NCBI GenBank assembly: GCA_963728735.1
Contig: CAVSLX010000021.1
Location: forward strand, 4,518-68,517
Source: an uncultured Actinomycetes bacterium
GTDB lineage: Bacteria; Actinomycetota; UBA4738; HRBIN12
Length of the DNA: 64,000 nt
Reading direction: 5' to 3'
Each line of letters begins with the position of its first letter. The first letter of the stretch is position 1. Positions 20,233-29,719 of the stretch are shown here, in pieces. A program made the position numbers and the translations under genes. A model generated the notes under the pieces. That model was not told the DNA's origin. It worked only from the letters and a program-made list of their open reading frames with translations, and did no database searches.

Positions 20233-21303
20233 CTAGCCGGGCCGGACCGCGCCGTACGGGCGGTCGTACCCGTACATCGAGTCGACCTGGACCTCGCCGC
20301 CGGGCTCGGGACTGCGAGCGTGGATGATCTGCCCGCCGCCGATGTATAGGGCGACGTGGGGGCCGTAGTTGCCGTAGTAGATGATGTCGCCGGGCTGGAC
20401 CGCCGACAACGACACGCGTGGCAGATCGGTCCACTGTGACGAGGCCGAATGTGGGAGGTAGACGCCGGCCTGCGCCCACGCCCACGAGGTGAGACCGGAG
20501 CAGTCGAACCCCACGCCCGGGCTCGCGGCGCCCCACACGTAGTGCGTCCCGATGACCGACTTCGCCGCGGCGATCGCGATCTGGGCGGCCGACGCGTTGG
20601 GCGACGGCGGCGAGAAGTTGCCGTCACCGGACGGCGGCGGCGGGCTCGACGGCGGCTGGGCGGCCAGCTCTGCGGCCTCGGCCGCCGCGGCCCGCTGGGC
20701 GGCGAGGTAGTCGGTGTATTCGCGCTCGAGCTCGGCGGCGAGCGCCTCCTGCTCGTCGAGCATCGTCTGGATCTCGGTGCGCCGCTCCTCCATCGACGCC
20801 ACGTGATCCTCGGCGACGGCGACCGCCTCCTCGTGCTGCTCGCGAGCCCATTCGGCTCGCTGGCCGGCGGCATCGGCGAGGGTCGCGAGGTCGGCGTCGG
20901 ACTGCGCGATCGCCCCCATGAACTGCAGGCGGTCGGAGAACTCCGAGAGGTCGTCGGCCTCGAGCAGGACGTCGATCTGGCCGCCCATGCCCGTGTACGC
21001 CTCGACGGCCCGGTCCTCGAGCTGGGCCCTGGCGGTGGAGGCCTCGAGCTCGGCTTCGCGGAGCAGCTGCTCGGTCTCCAGCAGGCGCGCCCGCGACTGC
21101 TCGAGCTGGTAGCGCGCCTCGTTCCACGCCTCGATCACGACCTCGAGATCGTGGCCGAGCTCTTGGAGAAGCGCTTGGGCCGCTTCGACCTCCTGCTGGG
21201 AGGGAGCGGCGGAGACGCCGGTGGTGCCGACGGAACCGAGGGCCGGGGCGACGAGGAGCGCGGCGATCGCCAGCCGCGTCAGCCTCTTCCTCGTCCCGGT
21301 CAT
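20233..21303 (-). CDS. Secreted NlpC/P60 (C40) peptidoglycan endopeptidase with an N-terminal coiled coil (RipA-like architecture)
   Basis: Signal peptide is MTGTRKRLTRLAIAALLVAPALGSVGTTGVSAA. A long heptad-like Glu/Ala/Leu region and a PPSSPPPP linker follow. The catalytic region is GFDCSGLTSWAW...GPHVALYIGGGQIIHA. SD is aggagg. Confidence 0.88.
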   Translation of the reverse strand: MTGTRKRLTRLAIAALLVAPALGSVGTTGVSAAPSQQEVEAAQALLQELGHDLEVVIEAWNEARYQLEQSRARLLETEQLLREAELEASTARAQLEDRAVEAYTGMGGQIDVLLEADDLSEFSDRLQFMGAIAQSDADLATLADAAGQRAEWAREQHEEAVAVAEDHVASMEERRTEIQTMLDEQEALAAELEREYTDYLAAQRAAAAEAAELAAQPPSSPPPPSGDGNFSPPSPNASAAQIAIAAAKSVIGTHYVWGAASPGVGFDCSGLTSWAWAQAGVYLPHSASSQWTDLPRVSLSAVQPGDIIYYGNYGPHVALYIGGGQIIHARSPEPGGEVQVDSMYGYDRPYGAVRPG

Positions 21304-21352
21304 CGTCCTCCTGGAAAGTCGTGCGCCGGCCTCGTGCCCGCGTCGATGAGCT

Positions 21353-21485
21353 GGAAAAACGAAAGCTCCGACCACCGGAGCCTTGTCGAGGCTATCGGGC
21401 CCGGAGGGGGCGCGTCAAACTTCCCCGAACACGTGTTCGGGACAGGCCCGAGTGCCGTCCTCCCACCGACGAAGCCCCCGATGAA
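21353..21485 (-). promoter_or_regulatory. Candidate cyclic-di-AMP (ydaO/yuaA-type) riboswitch with intrinsic terminator in the NlpC/P60 leader
   Basis: The minus-strand leader contains GGGAGGACGGC, CCCGAAC, CGGGGAAGUUUGAC and CCCGAUAGCCUCGACAAGGC, which resemble conserved ydaO blocks. CGGGGGC / GCCCCC allow long-range pairing. The hairpin GCUCCG-GUGGU-CGGAGC is followed by UUUCGUUUUU (21353-21381). Confidence 0.4.
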
Positions 21486-21494
21486 CGGTGATGC

Positions 21495-21532
21495 GCGAGA
21501 GGCGGGCCGCTCGACGCGGTCCCGCCTCTCGC
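21495..21532 (-). terminator. 12-bp perfect-stem hairpin immediately 3' of tRNA-Pro
   Basis: gcgagaggcggg ... cccgcctctcgc flank a 14-nt loop. No U-tract follows. Confidence 0.3.
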
Positions 21533-21538
21533 CTCGGG

Positions 21539-21612
21539 TCGGGACGGCGGGATTTGAACCCGCGACCTCAGCGTCCCGAACGCTGCGCGCTACCAAGCTG
21601 CGCTACGTCCCG
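21539..21612 (-). tRNA. tRNA-Pro: tRNA-Pro (anticodon CGG), 74 nt, no encoded CCA
   Basis: Folded by hand: acceptor CGGGACG/CGTCCCG, D arm GCGC-AGCTTGGTA-GCGC, anticodon arm CAGCG-TTCGGGA-CGCTG, variable loop AGGTC, T arm GCGGG-TTCAAAT-CCCGC, discriminator A. Confidence 0.95.
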
Positions 21613-21619
21613 AGGGGTG

Positions 21620-22507
21620 TCAGTGTAGCGAGGGGCCGGTGCGGCGACGGAGCTCGAGCACCGTCGCCTCGGGCCGGCACAGGAACCGGAACGGCGCGAA
21701 CTTCGACGTGCCGAGACCCGGCGACGTGTGCAGGGTCGCCGTGCCCATGCGGATCAGCCCGCTCACGAGCCGCCGCGGCATCGAGCAGTTCGTGACGATC
21801 GCGCCGACGATCGGGAGCCGCACCTGCCCGCCGTGGGTGTGCCCCGCGACGATCAGGTCGTAGCCGAGCGCGGCCGCCTCGGGGGCCGAATCGGGCGAGT
21901 GCATCACGGCGAGGCCGAACCGTTCCGCGGCCCGGCGGGGCGCCGGCCGGTAGTCCTGCCACCGGATGTGCGCGTCGTCGAGCCCGAGGAGCTCCACGGG
22001 GAGTCCGTCGAGATCGACCTCGTGGCGGACGTTCGTCAGGTCACGCCAGCCGTCGGCGACGAGCCCGGCCACGAGGTCCGAGGCCCGCCCCGGCGGCGCC
22101 GTCCGCGTCCGCCGGCGCCGCCGGAAGTACGCGAGGTAGTTGAGCGGCACCGGCGCGAAGTAGTCGTTCGAGCCCAGGACGAACCACGAGGCCAGCCGCC
22201 CCCGGACGGGCCGGACGGCCTCGACCACCGTCTCGACCCCCGCGGGCTCGGCGAGGAAATCGCCGGTCACGATCGTCACGTCGGCCTCCGGGAGGGACGC
22301 GAGGAAGCGCGCCTTCTTCGGGTCGGTCGCGACGAAGTGCAGGTCCGATAGGTGCAGGACGCTGAGGGTCGCCGGACCCTCGGTCGGTAGGATGGCGAGC
22401 CGGTAGCGCCGCAACCGGAACCACGATCGCTCGACGAAGACGCCGTAGGCGATACATGCCAGCCCGCCGCCGACGATCACGGCGCCGATCAGGGGAAGCT
22501 CGGACAC
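21620..22507 (-). CDS. Membrane-anchored metallophosphoesterase (calcineurin-like)
   Basis: N-terminal TM is LPLIGAVIVGGGLACIAYGVF. Motifs are LHLSDLHF, IVTGDFL, VLGSNDY and VAGHTHGGQ. GTG start at 22507. Confidence 0.8.
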   Translation of the reverse strand: MSELPLIGAVIVGGGLACIAYGVFVERSWFRLRRYRLAILPTEGPATLSVLHLSDLHFVATDPKKARFLASLPEADVTIVTGDFLAEPAGVETVVEAVRPVRGRLASWFVLGSNDYFAPVPLNYLAYFRRRRRTRTAPPGRASDLVAGLVADGWRDLTNVRHEVDLDGLPVELLGLDDAHIRWQDYRPAPRRAAERFGLAVMHSPDSAPEAAALGYDLIVAGHTHGGQVRLPIVGAIVTNCSMPRRLVSGLIRMGTATLHTSPGLGTSKFAPFRFLCRPEATVLELRRRTGPSLH

Positions 22508-22523
22508 GAGAGGGGAGTCTACG

Positions 22524-22976
22524 GTGGCCGGACCGCTCGAAACCGAGATCCGCGAGCAGCTCACCGCGGCCCTGCGAGCCGGCGACAAGGTGCGACTCGG
22601 GACCTTGCGGATGCTCGCCGCCGCGATCACGAACCGCGAGAAGGAGCTCCGGCAGGCGCTGACCGACGACGAGGTCCGCGAGGTCGCCGGCAAAGAGGTG
22701 AAGAAGCGCGCCGAGTCGATCGAGGCCTTCGAGGCGGCCGGGCGCGGCGAGCTCGCGGACAAGGAGCGCGCCGAGCGCGACGTGCTCGTCGGGTATGCCC
22801 CGTCGCAGCTCGCCGAGGCCGATGTCGACGCCCTCGTCGAGGCAGCGATCGCGTCGACGGGCGCCACCTCGCCGAAGGAGATGGGCAAGGTCATGGGAGC
22901 CGTCATGGCCGAGGCCAAGGGCAAGGTCGACGGATCGCTCGTCCAGCAGAAGGTGCGGGCGCGACTGGGAGGCTAG
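22524..22976 (+). CDS. GatB/YqeY domain-containing protein
   Basis: Intact 150 aa: LRAGDKVRLGTLRMLAAAITNREKE...KEVKKRAESIEAFEAAGRGELADKE...MGKVMGAVMAEAKGKVDG. Confidence 0.8.
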   Translation: MAGPLETEIREQLTAALRAGDKVRLGTLRMLAAAITNREKELRQALTDDEVREVAGKEVKKRAESIEAFEAAGRGELADKERAERDVLVGYAPSQLAEADVDALVEAAIASTGATSPKEMGKVMGAVMAEAKGKVDGSLVQQKVRARLGG

Positions 22977-22997
22977 GCCGGGCCGCGGGGGATCGGC

Positions 22998-25523
22998 TCA
23001 GTCCCCGATGCCATTCCCATTCCCATTCCCGTTCCCGTTCCCGTTCCCGGTTCCGTTGCCTTCACCGTTCCCGTTCCCGTTCCCTTCGCCGCCGCCACCC
23101 TCCGGGGCGACGGCCACGGTGATCGTGACGGTCCTGCCCTCGAGGAGCTCGGTGCCGGCCCCCGGCGACTGCCCGACGACCGTGCCGTAGCGCTCCTCGT
23201 TCGCGGAGGCCTGATGGACGACGGCGACGATGAAGCCCGCGGCCTGGATCCGGAAGATCGCGTCGCTCTTCGTCGCCCCCACCACGCCCGGCACCTTGCT
23301 CATCGGCGCGATCCCGTTGCTGACCTCGAGCGTCACCACGGAACCCGGCAGGACCTCGCTCCCACCGTGAGGATCCTGCGTCACGACCGTGCCCTCCGGC
23401 TCCGCGGAATCCACGATCTTCGTCTTGACCTTGAGGCGGACCTCCGAGATGGCCTTGCGAGCCTCCGGCACGGACATACCGACGACGTTCGGCACGCGCG
23501 TCCGCACGGGCTTCGGGAATTGGACCGGCGGGAAGTCGGCCATCACGACCTTCATGTAGTCGTTCCAGATCGGCGCCGCGATCGATCCGCCGAAGACGCC
23601 GTATCCCCAGTAGTTCCCGAGCGGGTAGGGCTTGCCGGGGGAGCCGACCCAGACCGAGGTCGAGATCTGGCGGGAGAAGCCGACGAACCAGACGTGGCGG
23701 TTGAGGTCGGCCGTGCCGGTCTTGCCGGCGATCGGCCAGGGGCCCCAATCGAGGAAGGCGCTCGCGGCGGTGCCGGACTGCACGACCCCGACGAGCATGT
23801 GGGTGATCTCCTTCGCATAGGCGCTCTTCAGCACCGAGTAGCACTCGGGCTCGTGCTCGAACAGCACCTCGTCGTCGCTCGCGCGGGTGATCGACTCGAC
23901 CGTGTACGGGCGGCAGTGCTCGCCCCCGTTCGCGATCGTCTGGTAGCCCGCGGCCATCTCCAGGGGCGTCACGTCGACCGAGCCCGTTGCCATCGAGCAG
24001 ACGGCCGGGATGTCGGTCGTGATGCCCATCCGCTGCGCGACCTCTTTCGTGTGCTCGACGCCGGCGTCGAGGATGAGCCTCGCGAACACGGCGTTGACGG
24101 ACGCGGCGGTGGCGGCGGGCAAAGTCAGATAGCCCGTGCTCGAACCCTCGGCGTTGATCACCGTCCACGCCGTGCCGTCGGCGTTGCGGCACTGGTCGGC
24201 GGCGATCACCCCCTGCGCCCCGGAGTAGGTGTCGTTCGGGGAGATGCCGGCCTCGAGCGCCGAGGCGAGGATGAACGGCTTGAACGACGATCCCGGCTGG
24301 TGGCCGGTCGTCGCGAGCTCCTTCTCGTCCTTCTTGAAGTCACGCCCGGACAGGAGCGTGCGGATCGCGCCGGTCTCGTTCTCGATCGAGGTGATCGCCA
24401 CCTCGGGCTTCGGTGAGTAGAGCGGGTTCAGCGGCGCGCTGGCCCACGGTTCGTTCGCGGCCGCCTCGGCGGCCTCCTGCCACTCGGGGTCGAGGGTCGT
24501 GACGATCTCGAGCCCACCCTCGGAGAGCGCGCGCTTGCGAGCGTCGGCGGTCTCGCCGAGCACGCCGTACCACCCGTTGGCGTCCTCGATGATCTGGTCG
24601 CGCATGTACGTGACGAAGAACGGAGGCACTCGCTGCTTGAGCTTCTTCGTGTTCGCCAGCCGGATGGGCGTCGCCTTGACCTTCTCGTTGCGCGCTTCGG
24701 ACAGCCAGCCGAGCGCGGTCATGCGGTTCAGCACGTCGTTGCGACGCAGCCAGGCCTTCTTCGGCCGGTCGATCGGGTCGTAGTACTCGGGCGCGCGGAT
24801 CATCCCCGCGAGCAGGGCCGCTTGGGCCAGGCTGAGCTTCTCCGCGGGGGTCCTGAAGTAGAACTTCGAGGCCGTGCCGATCCCGTACACACCGTTGCCC
24901 AGGTAGATCTGGTTCATGTACATGCTGAGGATGCGGTCCTTCTCGTAGCGTTCCTCGACCCGGAGGGCGAGCGCGAGCTCCTGGAACTTGCGCTCGAGCG
25001 TCTGGTCGTTCGGGTCGAGGCCGAGCGTGTTCTTCACGAGCTGCTGACTGATCGTCGAACCGCCCTGGACGATGTCTCCTGCCTTGAGGTTCTCGACGCC
25101 GGCGCGTAGGAGCCCCGCCCAGTTCACCGCCCCGTGCTCATAGAAGGTTGAATCTTCGATCGCGAGCACGGCCTCCTGCGCGATCGGCGCGATCTGCCCG
25201 AGCGGGGTGATCTCGCGGTTGTCGAGGTAGATGCGGGCGAGCTCGGTCTTGCCGTCGTTCGCGTAGATCGTCGAGCGCTGGGGGAACGCCGGGATCTTGG
25301 TGAAGTCTGCCCCCGCCTCCTCCAGGCGTCGATCGAGCTCGTTCACGCCCAGCAGCGCGCCGGCGAACGGCGGCGCGAGCAGCACGGCCGTGAGTCCGGC
25401 CGATGCGAGCACCACCGGCACGAGCAGGATCAGCGCGATCGGCTTGAACGCGATCCGATCGGTGATGGGGCGGCGGGCCGACGGGTGCGACGAAGAACGG
25501 GGAGGTTCGGTGCCGTCTGCCAT
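22998..25523 (-). CDS. Class A penicillin-binding protein (transglycosylase/transpeptidase) with two PASTA domains and a (Gly-Asn)n tail
   Basis: Intact 841 aa. GT51 motifs are EDSTFYEHGA, GGSTISQQL and RKFQE. Transpeptidase motifs are SSFKP and KTGTA. PASTA-like segments are VPNVVGMSVPEARKAISE... and VPGVVGATKSDAIFRIQ... The tail is GEGNGNGNGEGNGTGNGNGNGNGNGNGIGD*. Confidence 0.92.
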   Translation of the reverse strand: MADGTEPPRSSSHPSARRPITDRIAFKPIALILLVPVVLASAGLTAVLLAPPFAGALLGVNELDRRLEEAGADFTKIPAFPQRSTIYANDGKTELARIYLDNREITPLGQIAPIAQEAVLAIEDSTFYEHGAVNWAGLLRAGVENLKAGDIVQGGSTISQQLVKNTLGLDPNDQTLERKFQELALALRVEERYEKDRILSMYMNQIYLGNGVYGIGTASKFYFRTPAEKLSLAQAALLAGMIRAPEYYDPIDRPKKAWLRRNDVLNRMTALGWLSEARNEKVKATPIRLANTKKLKQRVPPFFVTYMRDQIIEDANGWYGVLGETADARKRALSEGGLEIVTTLDPEWQEAAEAAANEPWASAPLNPLYSPKPEVAITSIENETGAIRTLLSGRDFKKDEKELATTGHQPGSSFKPFILASALEAGISPNDTYSGAQGVIAADQCRNADGTAWTVINAEGSSTGYLTLPAATAASVNAVFARLILDAGVEHTKEVAQRMGITTDIPAVCSMATGSVDVTPLEMAAGYQTIANGGEHCRPYTVESITRASDDEVLFEHEPECYSVLKSAYAKEITHMLVGVVQSGTAASAFLDWGPWPIAGKTGTADLNRHVWFVGFSRQISTSVWVGSPGKPYPLGNYWGYGVFGGSIAAPIWNDYMKVVMADFPPVQFPKPVRTRVPNVVGMSVPEARKAISEVRLKVKTKIVDSAEPEGTVVTQDPHGGSEVLPGSVVTLEVSNGIAPMSKVPGVVGATKSDAIFRIQAAGFIVAVVHQASANEERYGTVVGQSPGAGTELLEGRTVTITVAVAPEGGGGEGNGNGNGEGNGTGNGNGNGNGNGNGIGD

Positions 25524-25589
25524 GGGCTCTCCAACGCAGGATACCCCTCAGGCCCCGAACGCAGGGGCAGCTACCATGGGCGGCGCATC

Positions 25590-26936
25590 ATGCGTCGCAC
25601 CCTCTTGTTCCTGGTGTTCCTCGCGCTGTCCGCGCTCCTCGCGCAGACGGCCGCCGCGCAGTCGCCGCCGTCCTCCGACGGAGGCGCCGAGGGTGCGCCG
25701 ACGCCGATCGAGGTCGTGAAGGTCGAGGGGCCGATCGATCGTCCGCTCCTGAGCTTCCTCGAGGGGCGCCTGGACGCGGCCGCGGCCGAGGGCACGATCG
25801 TCGTGCTCCAGCTCGACACGCCGGGGACCCTCGGCGAGGACGCGATCGCGCTTGCCGACAAGGTCGCCGAGATGCCGGTGCCGGTCATCACCTGGGTCGG
25901 GCCGGTGCCCGCGCGCGCGAGCGGCGCCGGCCTGCTGCTGATGCACGCGTCGTCCCTCGCGGCGGTCTCGCCCGGGTCCCAGACGGGGCCTCGGACGCCC
26001 GTGGAGCTGCTCGACCCCGACGAGGTGCCCTCCGACCTCGACGCCCAGGTCGCCGGGTGGGTCGAGGCGCGCGGGCACGACACCGATCTGTCCTACCCCG
26101 ACGTGGCCCTGACCGCCGAGCAAGCGCTCGGCTACGGCATCGCGCAGGAGGCCGCGAGCTCCGTCGTGGAGCTGCTCGCCGAGATCGATGGGCGCGAGGT
26201 GTCGACGGCCTCGGGACCGGTCGTGCTCGACACGCGCGTGGCACGAACCGAGGCCGAGGCCGCCGAGGGCACGGTGTCGCTCCGCTTCAACGAGGCGGGC
26301 CCGATCGAGCGGCTCCAGCACGCCGTCTCGACCCCGTCGATGCTCTATTGGCTGCTCGCGGCGGCGATCGCCGCACTCGCCTTCGAGCTCACGCAGCCGG
26401 GGTTCGGCTTCGCCGGAGCCTCGGGACTCGTGCTGCTGGCGCTCGCCGCGTACGGCCTCACGGTCGCGCCGGCCTCGTGGCCGGGCTTCGCGGTGTTCCT
26501 GCTCGGCAACGGCTTGCTCATCCTCGACGTGCGGCTCCGAAGGCTCGGCGCGCTGACCGCGGCGGGCCTCGTGGCGTTCGGCCTCGGCTCGTGGCTCGCA
26601 TGGCGCCACGTGGCCGACGCGATCCAGATCTCGCCCTGGCTGATCGGCGGCGCGACGGTCGGGGCCTTCCTCTATTACGGGTTCGCGCTCACCGTCGCGA
26701 TCCAGTCCCACGACCGGATCGTCACCACCCAGCGCGGGCTGATCGGACTCGTCGGCGAGGCCCGCGGCCGCCTCGCGCCCGACGGCCCCGTGTTCGTGAA
26801 GGGCGCCACCTGGCGAGGCCGCTCGACCGGGCAGCCGATCGACGCCGGCGCCGCGATCCGCGTGCGGGGGGTGGACGGCCTGATCCTCAAGGTCGAGGCC
26901 GAGGACATGCCCGAGCCCGGCAGCTCCGACCGGTAA
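25590..26936 (+). CDS. NfeD-family membrane protein (ClpP-like periplasmic domain, TM region, C-terminal OB-like domain)
   Basis: Signal is MRRTLLFLVFLALSALLAQTAAA. Then come IVVLQLDTPGT...ARASGAGLLLMHAS, four to five TM spans, and the C-terminus VFVKGATWRGRS...IRVRGVDGLILKVE. Confidence 0.75.
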   Translation: MRRTLLFLVFLALSALLAQTAAAQSPPSSDGGAEGAPTPIEVVKVEGPIDRPLLSFLEGRLDAAAAEGTIVVLQLDTPGTLGEDAIALADKVAEMPVPVITWVGPVPARASGAGLLLMHASSLAAVSPGSQTGPRTPVELLDPDEVPSDLDAQVAGWVEARGHDTDLSYPDVALTAEQALGYGIAQEAASSVVELLAEIDGREVSTASGPVVLDTRVARTEAEAAEGTVSLRFNEAGPIERLQHAVSTPSMLYWLLAAAIAALAFELTQPGFGFAGASGLVLLALAAYGLTVAPASWPGFAVFLLGNGLLILDVRLRRLGALTAAGLVAFGLGSWLAWRHVADAIQISPWLIGGATVGAFLYYGFALTVAIQSHDRIVTTQRGLIGLVGEARGRLAPDGPVFVKGATWRGRSTGQPIDAGAAIRVRGVDGLILKVEAEDMPEPGSSDR

Positions 26937-27049
26937 CCGCCCGCCACCCCCGCTGACCTCGGAGGATCGCCCCGGCTTCGTGGTGGTTCCGTGGCGGCGG
27001 GCATCCAGGTCAAGCTCCGGGGCCCCGCTTTGCGAACAACCGGGTAGAG

Positions 27050-27328
27050 ATGGAACTCCTCACCCAGACCTGGTGGGACCTCGCGGGGTGTCGGGGCCAG
27101 GACGCCTCGAGCTTCTTCGCGCCGGCGTACTTCGAGAAGCGGGCCGAGAAGCAGGCCCGGGAGGCCGTCGCGAAGTCCTTCTGCCGGCGATGCCCGGTCC
27201 GGGAGACGTGCCTGGAGTACGCGCTGGAGCTGCGAGACCCGCACGGGGTCTGGGGTGGGCTGAACGAGATGGAGCGCCGCGCGGAGCTCCGCCGCCGGGC
27301 CCAAGGATCCGAGCGCGAAGCGAGCTGA
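27050..27328 (+). CDS. WhiB-family (Wbl) iron-sulfur transcription factor
   Basis: 92 aa with four Cys in Wbl spacing (AGCRG...SFCRRCPVRETC), followed by GVWGG and a basic tail. Confidence 0.88.
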   Translation: MELLTQTWWDLAGCRGQDASSFFAPAYFEKRAEKQAREAVAKSFCRRCPVRETCLEYALELRDPHGVWGGLNEMERRAELRRRAQGSEREAS

Positions 27329-27330
27329 GC

Positions 27331-29718
27331 TCATCCGGCCGGCGCGTGCGAGGATGCCGGCATGAACGACGAGGCCGTGCTCCAGAAGCTGTCCGAGCTC
27401 GGGATCGAGCTGCCGCCCATGCCCAAGGCCGTCGCCGCGTACCTGCCGTTCCGGCGGGCCGACCATCTCGTGTTCCTCGCCGGCCAGGTGCCGCTCGTCG
27501 AGGGGAAGGTGCTGCACCCCGGCAGGCTCGGGGAGGACGTCTCGGTTGCGCAGGGCGCCGAGGCCGCGCGGCGCGCCGGGGTCCAGCTGCTCGCGGCGCT
27601 GCGCGGCGGCCTCGGCTCGTTCGAGCTGGTGCGACAGGTCGTGCAGCTGTCGGTCTTCGTCGCGGCCACGCCGGAGTTCCAGGACCAGCCGACGGTGGCG
27701 AACGGGGCGAGCGAGCTGTTCGCCGAGGTGCTCGGCGAGCAGGGCGAGCACGCGAGGGCCGCCGTCGGCGTGGCTTCGCTGCCGCTCGGTGCGAGCGTCG
27801 AGGTGGCCGCGACGGTGCTCGTCGCGTGAGGTGCGCGGCGTCCTGACGTTCGTGGGTAGCGCAGGTCGCCCTCGCGCCGGGTGACGCCGGTGCGATCGAG
27901 GTGTTCGAGGAGCGGTACCGCGTACTTCCGTGAGGTCCCGAGCGCTTCGCGGAGCGCGGACACCGTGATGCCGGTCGAGGCGTGGGCGCGAACGAGCGCC
28001 ACGGCCCGCTCGACGAACGCGGGGCTGACGACGAGCTCCGGCGCGATACGCACGACGTGGCCGGCGCGCCCGGCGGCGTCGATCACGTCGCGACCGAACC
28101 CCGCGCCCAGCAGCGCCTTCACGTCGGGCGGCGTCGCCTCGTGCTCCCCGGAGATCGCGGTGACGAGCCGGTCGACATCGCCTTGACGCTCCTCGAGAGC
28201 CACGCGGTGCGCCGCGAGGCGGAACGACGCCGCACCGCGGACCGCCGAGCCGCGATCGACGAGATCGTCGAGGATCCCGTCGACGAGGCCTGCGTCCGAC
28301 GGCGCGCCGGCGCCTCGGAGCGCGGCACGTGTCACGGCGCGCACGTCGTCCAGCGGCGCGCCCTCGTCCAGCGGATGCTCGTCGTGGAAGGTCGCAAGCG
28401 TCGCGACGACCTCGTCTTCGACCGCCTCGCGGAGCTCCGGGTGGACGAGCCACTCACCGACGGCGATCCCGCCGGTCGCGTCGCTCCCAGTCAACCGGCG
28501 GGCGTCGGCCGCACGTACGGCCTTGCGTTCGGCCACGAGGAGCCCCGGAAGCTCGTCCCGGCGCGCCGACGCTCTCGCGGAAAGCCGTGAGATCGGATCG
28601 GGTCCCGCTCTCGCCGGCGGCGCCACGTCGAGCACGATCCCGCCGCCGACCGTCTCGCGGCGGCCCGCCTCGCGAAGGACGAAGCGGTCGCCGACGTCGA
28701 GGGCGAGCCCCGGATCGAGCCGGAGCCGGACGTAGCCCTCGCCGAAGAGGCGGAGCCTCGCGTCGACCTCGGCCGCCCCGGCGTGCACCTTGTAGGCGCC
28801 CCGCGAGGTCAGGGGATGGCCGAGCCCGCGCACCGGCCGCACCACGGCGTCGACGACCGAGGTCGCGCGCCACTCCCCGGGCCGGCCCATCACGTCGCCG
28901 CGCCCGACGTCGCCCCGATCGACGCCTACCAGGTTGGCGGCGACACGTGCGACCGGGCATGCTCGCTCGATCGGGCGTTCGTGGGACTGCAACGATCGGA
29001 TCCGCGCCCGACGCCCACTCGGCGAGAGCTCGATCTCATCGCCGACCTCGAGGCAGCCGCCCGTCAGGGTGCCGGTGACGACCGTGCCTGCCCCGCGGAT
29101 CGTGAACGCGCGGTCGACGAAGAGACGTGTGCTTGCGGGTTCGGGGGCCGGCGCCGCGGCGAGCACGGCGTCGAGGGCTTCGCGGAGCTGCTCGATCCCA
29201 TCGCCGGTGACGGACGACACGGGGACGATCGGCGCGGCCTCGAGCGCCGTGCCGGCGACGCGCTCGCGGATCTCGTCCTCGGCGATCTGCAGTGTCTCGT
29301 CGTCTACGAGGTCGCGCTTCGTGAGGGCGACCACGCCGCCCGCGACGCCGAGCACGTCGACGATCTGGAGGTGCTCCTCGGACTGCGGCTTCCACCCTTC
29401 GTCGGCGGCGACGACGAACAGGACGACGCGGACGGGTCCGACGCCGGCGAGCATGTTCCGAACGAACCGCTCGTGACCCGGCACGTCGACGAAGCCGATC
29501 TCGCGACCGCTCGGCAGCATGCACCACGCGTATCCGAGGTCGATCGTGAGGCCACGACGCTTCTCCTCGGCCCAGCGGTCGGGCTCGATCCCGGTGAGCC
29601 GGATGATCAGCGCGGACTTGCCGTGGTCGACGTGGCCGGCCGTCGCCACGACGCGGTTCTCCGCGGCGGGCCGGCTCCCCTCGGCGGTCCCGCCACCGGC
29701 GGGTTCCGTCGCTTCCAT
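27331..29718 (-). CDS. selB: Selenocysteine-specific elongation factor SelB (the functional C-terminus is probably near 27,840; the ORF has no stop until 27331)
   Basis: GTPase motifs are [17 protein letters not shown] and LTKRD. Winged-helix C-terminal domains end ...[29 protein letters not shown] 29718 is coupled to the selA stop. The last ~165 codons are antisense to the RidA gene. Confidence 0.85.
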   Translation of the reverse strand: MEATEPAGGGTAEGSRPAAENRVVATAGHVDHGKSALIIRLTGIEPDRWAEEKRRGLTIDLGYAWCMLPSGREIGFVDVPGHERFVRNMLAGVGPVRVVLFVVAADEGWKPQSEEHLQIVDVLGVAGGVVALTKRDLVDDETLQIAEDEIRERVAGTALEAAPIVPVSSVTGDGIEQLREALDAVLAAAPAPEPASTRLFVDRAFTIRGAGTVVTGTLTGGCLEVGDEIELSPSGRRARIRSLQSHERPIERACPVARVAANLVGVDRGDVGRGDVMGRPGEWRATSVVDAVVRPVRGLGHPLTSRGAYKVHAGAAEVDARLRLFGEGYVRLRLDPGLALDVGDRFVLREAGRRETVGGGIVLDVAPPARAGPDPISRLSARASARRDELPGLLVAERKAVRAADARRLTGSDATGGIAVGEWLVHPELREAVEDEVVATLATFHDEHPLDEGAPLDDVRAVTRAALRGAGAPSDAGLVDGILDDLVDRGSAVRGAASFRLAAHRVALEERQGDVDRLVTAISGEHEATPPDVKALLGAGFGRDVIDAAGRAGHVVRIAPELVVSPAFVERAVALVRAHASTGITVSALREALGTSRKYAVPLLEHLDRTGVTRREGDLRYPRTSGRRAPHATSTVAATSTLAPSGSEATPTAALACSPCSPSTSANSSLAPFATVGWSWNSGVAATKTDSCTTCRTSSNEPRPPRSAASSWTPARRAASAPCATETSSPSLPGCSTFPSTSGTWPARNTRWSARRNGRYAATALGMGGSSIPSSDSFWSTASSFMPASSHAPAG
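27362..27829 (+). CDS. RidA/YjgF-family protein
   Basis: 155 aa: LVFLAGQVP...[11 protein letters not shown]...[24 protein letters not shown]. Confidence 0.8.
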   Translation: MNDEAVLQKLSELGIELPPMPKAVAAYLPFRRADHLVFLAGQVPLVEGKVLHPGRLGEDVSVAQGAEAARRAGVQLLAALRGGLGSFELVRQVVQLSVFVAATPEFQDQPTVANGASELFAEVLGEQGEHARAAVGVASLPLGASVEVAATVLVA

Positions 29719-29719
29719 G

